DNA of 64,000 nt from Octopus bimaculoides (lineage: Eukaryota), in the NCBI RefSeq assembly GCF_001194135.2, contig NC_068998.1, positions 10,650,653 to 10,714,652 of the forward strand. Direction: 5' to 3'. This document shows, in pieces, positions 35,298 through 49,735 of this stretch; positions within the stretch are counted from its first letter, which is position 1; every line of letters begins with the position of its first letter. A program made the position numbers and the translations under genes. A model generated the notes under the pieces. It saw only the letters and a program-made list of their open reading frames with translations, ran no database searches and was not told the origin of the DNA.

Positions 35298-37475
35298 CTA
35301 TAAAATAGAAAAAAAAAAACAGACAAACATAAAATAAAGGAAGCTAAGATTGATTACTGAACACCTCCAAAACACCTTTTATCTTATACAGAAAAAAAAA
35401 AAAAAATCGATATTGATGGAACAAACCATTAGAGTTACTACAAAGTCAAATCACATGCAGAAGAACTAAAATACTTCTCTCTCTCTCTCTCTCTCTCTCT
35501 GGTGAACGGTTCAGCTCAGAATGTTAGACTTCTCTTCATCACCAAAATAGTTTATTTCACTTTCTGAAATTTTCTCTACATTGAGTTTAGAAACTTTGTT
35601 TCAAATTTGTTCTCTTTGTTACCTCTTGAGTTTTTAAAATTTATCTCAGGGATAGGCTTTTGTTTTAAGTAATTCATGTTAACTATTTGTGCAACAGATT
35701 ATAAAATTAAATACATTATTTAGCAATTAAACAAAAACAGATGTGGACATAAATACATGTATATGTACACACATACACATATACACATACATGAATACAT
35801 ACTATACACATACATACATGTATACATAATCCTCACCCTTATTTAATGTCCATTTTTCATGCTGGTATGACACAATCTGGCATGCCAAAGGGTTGTGACA
35901 ACCTCCAGTGTCAGGTATGGCACATATGCACTATGTGTGTGTGTGTGTGTGTGCTTGTGCAAATATATATATATATATATATGGGAGAATATACAAAAAA
36001 TAACAACAGATGAGGACAGGTGGTGTAAATAACAAAAGTTGAGTGCTGTGTGTGTTGTGTGTGTGATTTAAAATTATTCAAGTTAAAACATTCCATCAAA
36101 ATTTCTTAATTTACATTACAAACATCAGCTTAATAATAATGGTTACTTTCAGTAAATTCCTTAATTATTCTAAACATTGATTGAAATGAAGGCAGTGAAT
36201 TTCAATAGAAATCAATAACAAAAAGGGTTTATACAAATAAATTGAAAAGTCTATTTAGCCACATAGGAAGGTCCCTATAAAAACAAGACTTTCTCCCATA
36301 CAACACATTCACACAATTATCAAAGAGTATAGACCAAAAGGAAAACGTTTCAGCTTTTCAGAAGTGCTTTGTATCTAACAGTTTGCGCAAGTTGGGGGTC
36401 AGATAAATAACTGCTTACTTGTTATTCTCATGACAATAACGGACACATTTATTTATCAGATTCCAAATGTTTATTTCTTAACCACATGATTTTAAGTTCA
36501 GTCCCAATGTGTGGCACCTTGGACAAATGTCCTTTATTCTAACCCCAGGCCAACTAAAGCCTTGCAAGTAGATTTTGTAGACAGACACTGAAAGAAGTCC
36601 ATCACGTGTGTGTATATGTATATATGATGGATTTTCTCACTGAAGATGACATATGAGTGTCCAGCTTTTGCTGAATGACCTGCCCAAATGGTTTGTTTAT
36701 AGTGATTAAATGTATGTGCCATATATTAGCTCACTCACTCCACCAAATTGACATTGTTTAAACAGGTGTACTGTGTACCAGGTGTTCAGGTGATTGCAGA
36801 GCAACATGAGCTGACGTGTTTTGCTCAAGAACACAACACACCACCCGGCCTAGGAATTGAAATCATGATTGCTAGATTGTGAATGCAACACCCTAACCAC
36901 TAAGCCATGTGCCCTGACATATATATATATATATGATTGATTTGATCTGACTTAATATCAATAATATTTTTATTTAGCTACCAACTATATTCACTCAAAT
37001 ATAACATGAGAAATTTAATTCGAACCATTAGGGTTAATGGTGGGAAGGGCAGATAGCACTATACTTAAGTATGAGAAAAGGTAGGAAGGTAATAGATATC
37101 ACATGATAATCAAAATCACATTGCACCTGAATGAATACATTAGCTTTGGGGGCTGGAAAGGACAGTTGTTTGTTAAACACTAATATTGGAAATGTAGTGA
37201 CTCTTCAAGATTGGATACATTCATCAACAAGTGTTTTTTAATCAGATCAGATCTACAGATTTCAGTGTGAATGGGTGTTGAGACAGTCACATGTTGTATC
37301 TGTTCTCATGGATATGACTTAATATGAGTGAAATAAAATAGCTATAACAGAGCGTGAAAAGTGCCCTGAAGATTTAAGTTTGAGTCAACAGAAGCATACA
37401 TTTTATTCTAAATGTAGGCATTGTGTGTGTATGTATATCATCATCATTGTTCAACGTCTGCCTTCCATGCTGGCA

Positions 37476-37540
<65 letters not shown>

Positions 37541-39849
37541 NNNNNNNNNNNNNNNNNNNNNNNNNNNNNNNNNNNNNNNNNNNNNNNNNNNNNNNNNNNN
37601 NNNNNNNNNNNNNNNNNNNNNNNNNNNNNNNNNNNNNNNNNNNNNNNNNNNNNNNNNNNNNNNNNNNNNNNNNNNNNNNNNNNNNNNNNNNNNNNNNNNN
37701 NNNNNNNNNNNNNNNNNNNNNNNNNNNNNNNNNNNNNNNNNNNNNNNNNNNNNNNNNNNNNNNNNNNNNNNNNNNNNNNNNNNNNNNNNNNNNNNNNNNN
37801 NNNNNNNNNNNNNNNNNNNNNNNNNNNNNNNNNNNNNNNNNNNNNNNNNNNNNNNNNNNNNNNNNNNNNNNNNNNNNNNNNNNNNNNNNNNNNNNNNNNN
37901 NNNNNNNNNNNNNNNNNNNNNNNNNNNNNNNNNNNNNNNNNNNNNNNNNNNNNGTCTTCTACTATAGCCTCGGGCCAACCAAAGCCTTGTGAGTGGATTT
38001 GGTAGACGGAAACTGAAAGAAGCCCGTCGTATATATGTATATATGTATGTGTGTATGTGTGTATGTGTGTCTATGTTTGTCCCCCCCATCATCGCTTGAC
38101 AACCGATGCTGGTGTGTTTACGTCCCCGTAACTTAGCAATTCGGCAAAAGAGACCGATAGAATAAGTACTAGGCTTCCAAAGAATAAGTCCTGGGGTTAA
38201 TTTGTTCGACTAAAGGTGGTGCTCCAGCATGGCCACAGTCAAAAGACTGAAACAAGTAAAAGAGTAAAAGAGTAATCATATAATTATAAAATCTGGGTTT
38301 CATCCATCCCTCTTCTCTGCCCACTACTCCTGGGGAAGGAGTCGTGAGGGTAGAGTCCTCCATGAAGAAACCGTCATTAGATTCTCCAGCTGAATTTCTA
38401 AGCATGACCAACTATCTCATTTTTGATCAACCCCTAGGTTTCCTGCAATTTGGATCATCTCGAAGAATTCATCTTGAGATTCTTTCCTGCAACATTCAAA
38501 TCACATGTCCACAGTATGAGAGCTGTGACTACCTATTGGTGACATAGCAGCTCCACCTGGTTTCTAAGCTATGTACCCTGTTCAGTAACGTTACTCCAAA
38601 GATCCTTCAGAAGAACCCTACATCGACTGTCTATATTCATGATTGAACCCTTTCAGGCATTACTGATTGTTAATGGAACATTAACTGATATGCCACCTCC
38701 TATTAAAATTAACGACTATAGGCAAGGTTAAGCATAAAAACTAAATTGAAGGTAGCAAGTTTGGCTTTTTTTTTAACAGCCTCTCTTCTGTGCGTGTGTG
38801 TGTGTGTGTGTGTGCATGTGTGTGTGTGTGTCTGTATGTGTNNNNNNNNNNTGTGGTAGGGGTGCATATGTAATATCATTTAATAATCACTGATAAAGAA
38901 AGAAGATTAAAAAAAAATTTTAAAGCAAAAATTGGGGAAGCAGAACATAAATATGAAGGAATTAATTTAGACTGAAGATTGACAATTAAAATGGACTGAA
39001 ATTGTCTTCTTGATTGGTACAAAAAGATTTTACACACATACATATATGTATCTGTTAGAAATAACAGTTAAATCTCCCTTAAATCACTCATCATTAACTT
39101 AAGGAAGGACTTATTAGACAGTGCAGTTTACTGCCCAAACAACAACAAAAAGCAGTGTTCTCATGATTAAGAATGCTTTTGGTCAAAGAATCTGCACATT
39201 TAGAACTGACCTGAATCTAAACAACCGCAAAGCTTTATTATTTGTTGATATTCTTAGCCGAGTCACTAAAATGCTAAAATATGACTCAATGTAAAATTTG
39301 TAATCAAATTAGGACGAAAAATAAATTTCAAATAAAAATATAAAACCGGGTTACAGATAAAATATTGAATTACAAGCGCCAATGCATGAATTATAAGTAG
39401 AGTTATCTCCCTTGCACGCTTTTCCTTCTAATTCGTTTGCATGATTATTTTACGATCGTTAGCACGCAAGACAAAATGTTTAGCGACATTTCATTCGTCT
39501 TTACGTTCTGAATATAAATGCCGCCAAAATTGTCTTTGTTTTTCATCTTTTCTAGGTCGATGTAACCTACTAGCTTACTCCATTAAGTTTCAGGCTTCGT
39601 GCCTGTAACAGAAAGGATTACATCTCGATACAAGGATGATTGAGTGTGATAGAATGAGCTGTGTAATGGACAGAAATACTTTATGGCATTTAACTTCAGT
39701 CCTTTATGCCCAGAGTTCAAACCCTGCTATGGTTGAGTTTGACTTTCATTTTTCATAATCAGTAAAATAGATAGTAGAGAAGAACATTGAAGCTCTGACA
39801 TCTGGTAACTACACTTGGTAAACCCCTACAAAATTATTAACCAGTGTGC

Positions 39850-40230
39850 AAACAATCACCTTGAGCACCTTTTTGAACTCCATGTGTCTTTGTAGACACA
39901 TGTGGGCATGTCTACAAAGTCAGAAAACAGCACAGCTCCCATGACTTTTGGAAACAATTTTTCACACTCAGAGTTGCTGAAGCATGGAACAAACTACCAA
40001 TATCAGTTGTTAGCTGCCGAAACATTGCATCCTTTAAAACCTCCATGCTTCCTGAAATTTGCCAACACTACATCTGATATCCTCCTGCCATACGCATGCA
40101 CACATCTATATCACGACTCATACACTGTTCACTTTCCTGACATTTGTACATAATTCTATGCACGTTGATAAGTTGTAGTGCACCAGAGCACTATACACAA
40201 TAATTTCATTGTTATTATTAAATACATGAT
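39850..40230 (+). mobile_element. CR1-clade LINE 3' end
   Basis: TCGHVYKVRKQHSSHDFWKQFFTLRVAEAWNKLPISVVSCRNIASFKTSM matches the CR1 ORF2 C-terminal pattern (TRGH..K....FF..RV...WN.LP..VV......FK). Confidence 0.85.
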
Positions 40231-41611
40231 GTGAAAATTATGAGAGGCTAACATACATATATGCACATACATGATGGACTTCTTCCAGTTCCGATCAACC
40301 AAATCCGCTCACAAGATTTTGGTTGGCTCAGGGCTATTGTAGAAGACACTTGCTCAAGACGCCATGCAGTGAGACTGAACCTGAAACTGTGTCACTGCGA
40401 AGCAAACATCATAATCACACAGCCACACCTGCATAATCACACTAATCTAGTAAAAAAACAAAGGGTAAAGACCCCCTTCGGTCGTGAATGACCATGGGAT
40501 TGCATCTAGAAAATTCCCCTCCAAGGTACAAGTCTGGGCAAATTTGTTTATGGAAAACTAGCAGATGCCCATGTATCCCAGCTTCCTCTCTCCATGCCAC
40601 CAATGTTATCCAAGGGAAAAGCAAAGACTGATACAGCTTGGCACCAGTGACGTTGTAACTCATTTCTACAGCTGAGTGACACAACACAACCCAGTCTAGA
40701 AATCCAACACACCATCTCATGATTGTGAGCCTAACGATGTAACCACTGAGCCATGCATCTTCACACTAACCTTGTAGAGCCTGCAAATGTCATCAACATT
40801 TCCTAATTTCTTTTAACTAACAATTTAACAAAACTTCCTACTGCTTTTGCTAAAAAAATTTGTGTTAATTATGCACAAACTACCACTAACTGATGAAATC
40901 CTTAAGCATTAAGAATAAACTAGAATTTGAGAGTTTACAGGAAGATCTAGTGTATTTAAATGTACTTTCTGAATAATTTATTTCTAACTACTTCAGTCAG
41001 TTATTGACAGGCTGTGGTTAATATTTGCTTTCAGTCTATCCCAGATATAATTCCATTGGGTGCATTATTGCAGTGTTTCTATACAGTGTTTACATATCTG
41101 TTTATAATTAAGTTAATTAAAATCTCTCTCTGATGAGTTTAGTTACTGCAACTGTAACAGGTGTTAAGAGGAAAATGTTATTAGATATAGATTCAAAAAT
41201 TTAAAGAAGATCTCTCTCTCTCTCCCCCTCTCTCTCTCTCTAAAACAGTATATGTTTATAAAGCTTTGAAGCCATGTCATATTTGAGATGACCAGGTGAT
41301 TTGTAGTTCTGTAATCTGTCCAGGGGAGCAGTGACACCCAAACCAGTTGATTAAACCGTATGTAACCATCTGACCCATGTCAGCATAAAGAACAGACATT
41401 AAATGATGATAATGCTGATGAAGACAAGCACAAGTGCTCTCCTCCCCAGAGGGAAGAAAAAGTGATGTCAACTGTAAAGTGACCTGAACTCAGAATCTAA
41501 CGACACATAAATTACTGAGCATCGTTGAATTTACCATTCTACCATTCCTGTCAACAGTAGCAGTACTAGTAATAGCAGTAGAGTATTATGGAGAGCCATT
41601 GTCTTGAAGGT

Positions 41612-41649
<38 letters not shown>

Positions 41650-41991
41650 TAGAGGTTGTTCTGATTATCAAAACTATTGTAACTAATGAGCAATCTGACA
41701 TCCTGGGGTCAGCTAATTAAAATCTATGTCAATGAGAGAGAGAAAGAGAGAGAGAGGGGGGGAGAGAAGAATAATTGTGGTTCTGTCGATTCGTTATGCA
41801 ACATTAAACGAGATTGAATGTATTCGCTGAAAGAAGACAACAGTTGCAGACCGATGTAATTATCTTAAGCTTGGAATATTTCCCAAGACATGGCTAGCAG
41901 GCAGAAAGACAATAGTCATTTGCAAAGAACAGAGAGACAGACTGACATTGATAAAGAAAGGGAGAGAAAAACGATTAAAACACACACACAC

Positions 41992-42034
<43 letters not shown>

Positions 42035-45000
42035 AGAGTGTAGGATAGGTAGAGATTTAAAAGGATAGTGTAGTTGAAATTTTCAAAGAATTACATAGAT
42101 AAAAAGAGGAGTGAAGGCGGCATTGAAAAAACTTACTATAACAAAAATACAAAAGCTGAAAAAAAACCCCATAATATGATAGCAGAAAGACTAGCCTGAC
42201 TCATGTCCTAGACATATTAAATAAAGCGTGACCAATTATCTCTGTACTCAGAAGAATTGCAAGTCAAGGAATAAAAAGAACAATCCTTGCTTACAGTGCT
42301 ACATATACTATGATTAGTACTCTTGTGTTTAATCTAAGGCTACTTATAGTGAATGGATTTTCTTAATGAAATATGCTTTAATAATAGAAATGTGCGTACA
42401 TGTTTACAAGTATTATTTATATATATATTTATATAGATTATATATTATGTATGTTATACATACTCACATTTGATCTTTGAAAGAAATTATACTTTAATAA
42501 CAGATATACATAAATATATATCCAAATATATATATATATATATATATATAATATGAATAAAATGTAATTTATACTTCTATATATTTATATTATACATAGA
42601 TAATTGTACTTTATTCATACATACATACATACAAACAAACATGCATCTGGTTGGTATTGCAAACATTTTATAAACTTTTAAGAGAGCACAAAATAATTTC
42701 TTTTTGCTAGAAGTGGGTCTCAAAGCTGATAAAGCTATGAATAATTGCATGTAGATATTAGGTAGAAAAATGCAGCTGCTCACAAGCATCTTGGACTTTA
42801 TTTATCCAAAATGGATAACATTACTCAAGAGACCTTTCAATGAAACTCCATTTCGGCCACATGTTCACAATTGTACCATTTCAGTCATTACCAAATATTC
42901 GTGTAAATAGGTGAGGATAGGCATGAAAACGAAATTGAAAATCACAAAATTGGATTTCTTTTACCAACCTCATCTCTCTTGAGAATACATGAATTTCTAA
43001 ATGATAATGATCAATCACAAATGACAACTTTACCAACATATGCAAGTGGCAATAACTACATCAGGCCTCAACTTGGTCATAATTAATATACCTCACTTTA
43101 TTATACTGATGTTAACTGATCCCATAAATTATACTTCTGGCCAGGCTGTGATTATTTTTAGTTCATCTGCTCAACAAAATTCATTCACTGATATTTTATC
43201 TTCTGACACAAAAATTCCAAACAGTAAATGATTGGATTGGATTGGTTTGTCCTAAATTACTCATTCTCCTGTATTGATTAGAATTTAATTCTTTCTGAGG
43301 AAAATGCTTAACTTAATTGGCATAAGTTCAAAACATTCTATTTTAATATGATCAGAGGTCATTCCTGGTCAATATCTAATTGAAAACAGTCTGCTAATTG
43401 CTTACCTATAATTCTTTTGCTAAACTAATAATTCTTTGGCTAAACTAAAAGCTGACAAGGCAAGAATTTCGAAACTATTTATCTGATATATGAGGTAGTT
43501 CCTACTTTGATTTTGCCAAAATTAGAAAACAACTGTGATTATATTAGACTCAATAAATCTACTCATCTCTTATCTGCAAATATGAAATAAACTCTAAAAA
43601 CTGGCACAAATTAGCCAAATATTGGTATCTTGGGGAGAAAGTTTCTGAATGTACTCTGTCTTCAGTTTATATATGAGTCTTCCATGCTGGCATGAGTCGG
43701 ACTGTTTGACAAGAGCTGATAAGCCACAGAGCTGCACCAAACTCCAGTGTCTGCTTTGGCATCGGTTCTATGGCTGGATGCCCTTCCTAATGCCAACCAA
43801 TTTACAGAGTGTACTGGGTACTTATGTGGAACCAGCACTTGTGCTTTTATGTGGCACCATCACTTGTGGGGTTGCCAAATAACTTGCAAGATGAAGACCT
43901 CTCAGCTGGGGGAAAGAGTGGAACCATGAGCAGTGGCTTTGTGCCAGGAGGTGAAAAGTTTAGAGAATAACAGAGATAGAAATTATCATCATCATTAGGA
44001 CAGTTTGATAGGATCTGATGAGACCAAAGGCTGCAGTGTGCTCCAGTGTCTACTTTGGCATGGTTCCAATGGCTGGATGCCTTGCCTAACACTAACCACT
44101 TTACAGTATCTACAGGGTGCTTTTTCATGCCACCAGGTGTGCGTTTGTGTGTACCATTGTCTTCGACATCATGTGATGGTTGTAAACGATCATCATCATC
44201 ATCATCATCATACAAGCAATAATTGTTTCTAGTCTTCCATGAAAAACATGTCTGGCTATAGGAAAATATTCCCTTGCTTGGAAACAGGTAAGGGTTGGCG
44301 ACAAGAATATCCAACCATTGAACAATCTACCTCAACAAATTCTGTTTGATCCACGCAAACATGGAAAAGTGATGTCGATGACTCCATGCAGTTGATATAC
44401 AAAAGTGCCTTCCTTACAGAATATGTAAATGTTATTTTAGATGGTTAGACAACTTTCTTCATAGGACTCAAAGGATTAGGAATCAGTAGTGTATTTTATG
44501 ATTTATGCATAATAACAGAAGCAAGATAGCTCAGAGATTGTTTCTTTTATTAATGATTTACAAATATTCTTATTTATCTTCAGAAACTGGTTTCTTCTGA
44601 CGTCCATCAAATTGGTTTAATTTATACTGACACTGCTATGCTTATTATAATTGGTTTGTCTAAAGGTGTTATTTCAAGGTAACAAAACCATGGCTTAGAT
44701 CATATTGCAGACTGGGCTTGTAAATGGGGCATACACTTTAAACAACTCAACCAAAGAAGAAAAAAAATAAAGATGGTAAAAAAACAAAAATGTTGGTTCA
44801 TTCTCTTCTAAATTGGGTCAAATGCCATCAAACAATGAAATGTTTTAATCACCCTGTTGCATTTGCAAAGAAATACACTTATCTAGGATTTTGGTCTATT
44901 GTTAGCCTCAAATTTAAATGCCACGTTTATCAAGTATACAAAATGGTTTCATCTCACCTGTTTTGCTATGCCCAACAACCATATCACCTACCTAAGAAGT

Positions 45001-45338
45001 TTTTCAAATAATATACAAAAGCTACATTCTTCTTCATTTTGAGTATTTCTCACCAGTTTGAGCTGCACTAAATTTATCACAGGAAAATTGTCTTGAGAAA
45101 CTTCAAAAGACCAGCTATAAGAATTATCTTGAAATATCTTTTCTGAAACCCTTGTATTTTGCAAATTATATCAAACTACATCCACTTCTTTATCATCATC
45201 ATCATTACCACTAACACCACCACCATCAACATCATCATTTTTTTAACATCCATCTTCCATGCTAGCAAGGGTTGATAGTTTGACATGATCTGAATGGGTT
45301 GGAGGACCATGTTTAGCTCCAGTATCTGCTTTGACATG

Positions 45339-45726
45339 TGGAGGTGCAATGGCCCAGTGGTTAGGGCAGAGGACTCGCTGTCATAGGATCGCCGTTTTGA
45401 TTCCCAGACCGGGTGTTGTGAGTATCTATTGAGCGAAAACACCTAAAGCTCCACGAGGCTCTGGCAGGAGATGGTGGCGAACCCTGCTGTACTCTTCCAC
45501 CACAACTTTCTCTCACCCTTACTTCCTGTTTCTGTTGTGCGTGTAATTCAAAGGGTCAGCCTTGTCACACTGTGTCACGCTGAATATACCCGAGAACAAC
45601 GTTAAGGGTACACGTGTCTGTGGAGTGCTCAGCCACTTGCACGTTAATTTCACGAGCAGGCTGTTCCGTTGATTGGATCAATTGGAACCCTCGACGTCGT
45701 AAGCAACGGAGTGCTAACAACAACAA
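45339..45726 (+). mobile_element. tRNA-derived SINE family C with (CAA)n tail and 13-bp TSD
   Basis: tggaggtgcaatggcccagtggttagg head; TSD ctgctttgacatg at 45326-45338 and 45727-45739; interrupts a family D copy. Confidence 0.85.
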
Positions 45727-46326
45727 CTGCTTTGACATGATTTCTATGGCTAGAAGTCCTTCCTGACACCAGTCACATTACAGAGTATTCTGGGAGCATT
45801 TTTTGTGAGGTCACTAGAAGTGGGATTAGAGTAGGGAGGGAAACAGCTTTACGCTAGGAAGACAAGAAGTTAAAGTATGAAGAAGGAGGCTGAAACAGGT
45901 TTCTTGTGGAGGAGATACATGGCTATTGGGATTATGCAAGAGAGAGTGAGGGTATTCAGAGTGGAGCTGGGAAAAGAGGTAAAAATGCTGGTAACAGGAA
46001 GCCAAGATGGGCCCTGGCGACATGGAGAAAGAAAGGGTGGGTGGGTAGAAGTTACAAGAGAATATGCAATGAGTAAAAGATGGTTAGAGATGGATGGGGT
46101 GGCGAAAAGATAGTAATACAAGGCCAGCAATTTTAGGGAAGGGGTTAATTGCTTATATCAATTTCAGTGCTCAACTAGTATCTGTTTTATCAGCTTTGAA
46201 AGGACAAAAGGTAATGTTGACCTCGGCAGAGTTTGAAATCAGAATGTAAAGAATCAAAGAATCGGAACAAATGACACTAAAGCATTTTTGTCCTGAGTGC
46301 AAATAATTCTGCCAGCTCACCAACCA

Positions 46327-46380
<54 letters not shown>

Positions 46381-46664
46381 TACATACATATATATACAGA
46401 GAGAGAGAGGGGGAAAGAGAAGAGGGAAAGACAGAGAAAGAAGGAGAGGGTGAAACAGGCAGATTGAAGGATACTGAGTCAGAAGGGAGTGCTGAACTAT
46501 TAACTATCCAATCCTTGAAAGTTATGGAGGAATGAACAGCCAGCCATAAATTGACAGTGACGCAAGTAAACACAGTTACACACACACACATACCTCATAT
46601 ACAAAACAGAAAGCTACCCTACAAGATGACAAATCTTTGAATGCAAAACATAAATTCATTTGAC

Positions 46665-46711
<47 letters not shown>

Positions 46712-46721
46712 TGTGTGGTGT

Positions 46722-46752
<31 letters not shown>

Positions 46753-47102
46753 ATCATCATCNNNNNNNNNNNNNNNNNNNNNNNNNNNNNNNNNNNNNNN
46801 NNNNNNNNNNNNNNNNNNNNNNNNNNNNNNNNNNNNNNNNNNNNNNNNNNNNNNNNNNNNNNNNNNNNNNNNNNNNNNNNNNNNNNNNNNNNNNNNNNNN
46901 NNNNNNNNNNNNNNNNNNNNNNNNNNNNNNNNNNNNNNNNNNNNNNNNNNNNNNNNNNNNNNNNNNNNNNNNNNNNNNNNNNNNNNNNNNNNNNNNNNNN
47001 NNNNNNNNNNNNNNNNNNNNNNNNNNNNNNNNNNNNNNNNNNNNNNNNNNNNNNNNNNNNNNNNNNNNNNNNNNNNNNNNNNNNNNNNNNNNNNNNNNNN
47101 NN

Positions 47103-47161
<59 letters not shown>

Positions 47162-49487
47162 CATATATAACCCAATAAGCTTCTTTCCATTTCAGTCCTC
47201 TCACAAGGATTTAGTCAGTACCCAGAGCTAACTGAAGATACTGGAAGGTACTACTCTGTCAAAGTTGATGGAGGACCCTTTCATTCATTCATCCATATAT
47301 ATATATATACATTCATGTATGCATGCACACACATGCGCATCATCACCATCCTTGATCTACATCTGCTTTTCCATGCTGGCAATGAATCTGATGAGTTATC
47401 TGAGGCAGTGTTTTACGACCAGATGCTCTTCCTGTCACTAACCAATTTAGTCATTTCCTAGAACACACAGGAATATGCTATATCTATCCTAAAATAATGG
47501 AGATGTACAGTACACTTCCCTCATGTGTATATATGTGTATGTGTGTGCGAGACAGAGAGAGACAGCATGCGTTTATGTGAGGTAAGTATTTGTGACAATA
47601 ATTTTACACATACACACCAAATTTACTACATAACATTTTTATACATACTCATATATGCACAACACATCCACACATTCCTGACCCACACAAATTAGCACAG
47701 ATGGATAGATACATATACACAGAAATTCACATGCATCTACACTTGTATAAAAGCAAAGTTAAACGACACCGGAGCATTTAGCTATAAATTATCTCTTGAC
47801 TGCCAGATGATGAGAAATAATTGCAAATATCAAAGCAATGTGTAAAGAGGTACATTGAGCTAATAGAGTCATAGGTAGGATGTAGGAGTTGGGGAAGGAG
47901 TAGACGTTAGTGAGTGACTGGGTGTAGTGGTGAGAGTGTGTGTGCGTGTGTGTGTGTGTGTGTGTGAGAGAGGGAGGGAGAGTGAGGTCTGTGAAGATAA
48001 GCGGCTGATAATTCTTGTATGCAAATACAAAAAATAAATGGCAGGCATGGCTGTGTAGTTAAGAAGCTCACTCTGCAACCTCTTGGTTTTGAGATCAATT
48101 CCATGGCATGAACCTTTTGGAAAGTGTCTTCTAGTATAACCCGGGACCAACCAATGCCTTGGTGAGTGAATTTGGGAGACAGAAACTCTGAATAGGACCC
48201 AAGTCCACCACAGGGTTAACTTCCCAGCTGTTGTTACAAGTTACAGGTTCATTTTCACCTTTACAGTGATGTGTTTGCCTGATGCTTTTTAAAATGATGA
48301 AAACCCTTGTACAAGATCAATCCCACTCTCTAAATCACATATGAATTTGCCTAAAATGAAGGTTTAGTATACATCATTGAATGTAAATGAAATCACAGGT
48401 GTTGGATCAGAGTTTTTCTCTTTCTAGAGAGATGTCTTAAAGACTAGGAATCTCACATTTGTTGGATGGTCATTGATAGGTTTTCTTATCCATCTTGCAG
48501 GATGTCCAGTGAAATCTACCCTCCTCACCAAACAGGATTGGTAGGGCTAACAGTTTGGCTGCTGATGGCCTGACCATGTGATAGGCTGTACTGGGTTACA
48601 TGTTACCAGTAACACTAAGAGGAACCATTGTATACATCCATAAATACATTTAAAATTGTGTCTGTATATGTATGTAAGAGGCATGTAGGGAGACAGACAG
48701 AATGACAGTTGGGGAAAAAGTGAGAAATAGACATAGAAGAGAGACACAGGCAAACAAAGACTGCCTCTGTATGTGTTTTGTGTGTATATGTGCACATGCA
48801 CACATAATTATATATATTCGTTGTAACTGCAAAGGGTATCAAACAGTTAAAAATGTTAAAAGCTTTCAAGTTGCTGAAAGAATTCATAATGAATAATTAC
48901 ACACATTGGATAATTATAGATATTGTCAATTATTAATTATATCCTGCCTTAACTTTAAACCCTGTTGTCAGTAAATCACAAATAAAAACAGGGGGAAAAA
49001 TCTTAAAACAACAACAACAACAAAAACCCACACACATAAGGGAAGTAATTCACAACCCATTATGACATTTACTTTAAGATGAGAGTGAATCAGGGTGTTT
49101 CTGTATGAGGCACAGCGTGCTAGAGATAGCAGTCAAATCTCCTTTAAATCACACCCAATTGTTTTAAATAAAGGAACATTACATTCTATAATGAGGTCCT
49201 AGATACATACCCCAGCCTCCCAAAAAATGGAAGGGTCATGGCCAGAATGATTTTGGAATGACCTGTTAAAACTGCTTGACCAAAGTTGACTAGAAGCCGA
49301 ACTATAACAACAATATCATATTCATACATTGGACATTTAACAACAGCTGGACTAATTTTTGTTTTACGCCCCACCCCTACAAGGTTAGCTATGATAGAAC
49401 AGTCCAACGATCGAAGACATACCAGTTGTGACCATCAAGTTTAGTATCATTATTATTATCATTATTATTATCATTATAATTATTCTT

Positions 49488-49735
49488 AAAGCGGCGAGCT
49501 GACAGAATCATTAGCATGCCAGGCAAAATGCTTAGCGGTATTTCGTCTGCTGCTGAGTTCTGAGTTCAAATTCCACCAAGGTCAACTTTGCCTTTCATCC
49601 TTTCGTGGTCAATAAAACAAGTACCAGTTGCTTACTGGGGTCGATCTAATCGACTGGCTCCCTCCCCTAAAATTTCTGGCTTTGTGCCTATAGTAGAAAG
49701 GATTATTATTATTATAATTATTATCATTTTTTTAA
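49488..49735 (+). mobile_element. SINE family B copy with (ATT)n tail
   Basis: Same head and body as 22519-22748; further fragments near 5820-5970, 18170-18350, 24150-24390, 33900-34110, 46100-46320. Confidence 0.8.

Noticed and set aside
42912-43090. 58-codon plus-strand open stretch (EDRHENEIENHKIGFLL...)
   Set aside because: No start codon, weak acceptor, surrounded by decayed-looking sequence
49211-49262. Minus exon candidate (SFQNHSGHDPSIFWEAG|gtatgt)
   Set aside because: Good donor but weak acceptor, and phase does not fit the neighbouring candidates; remains possible
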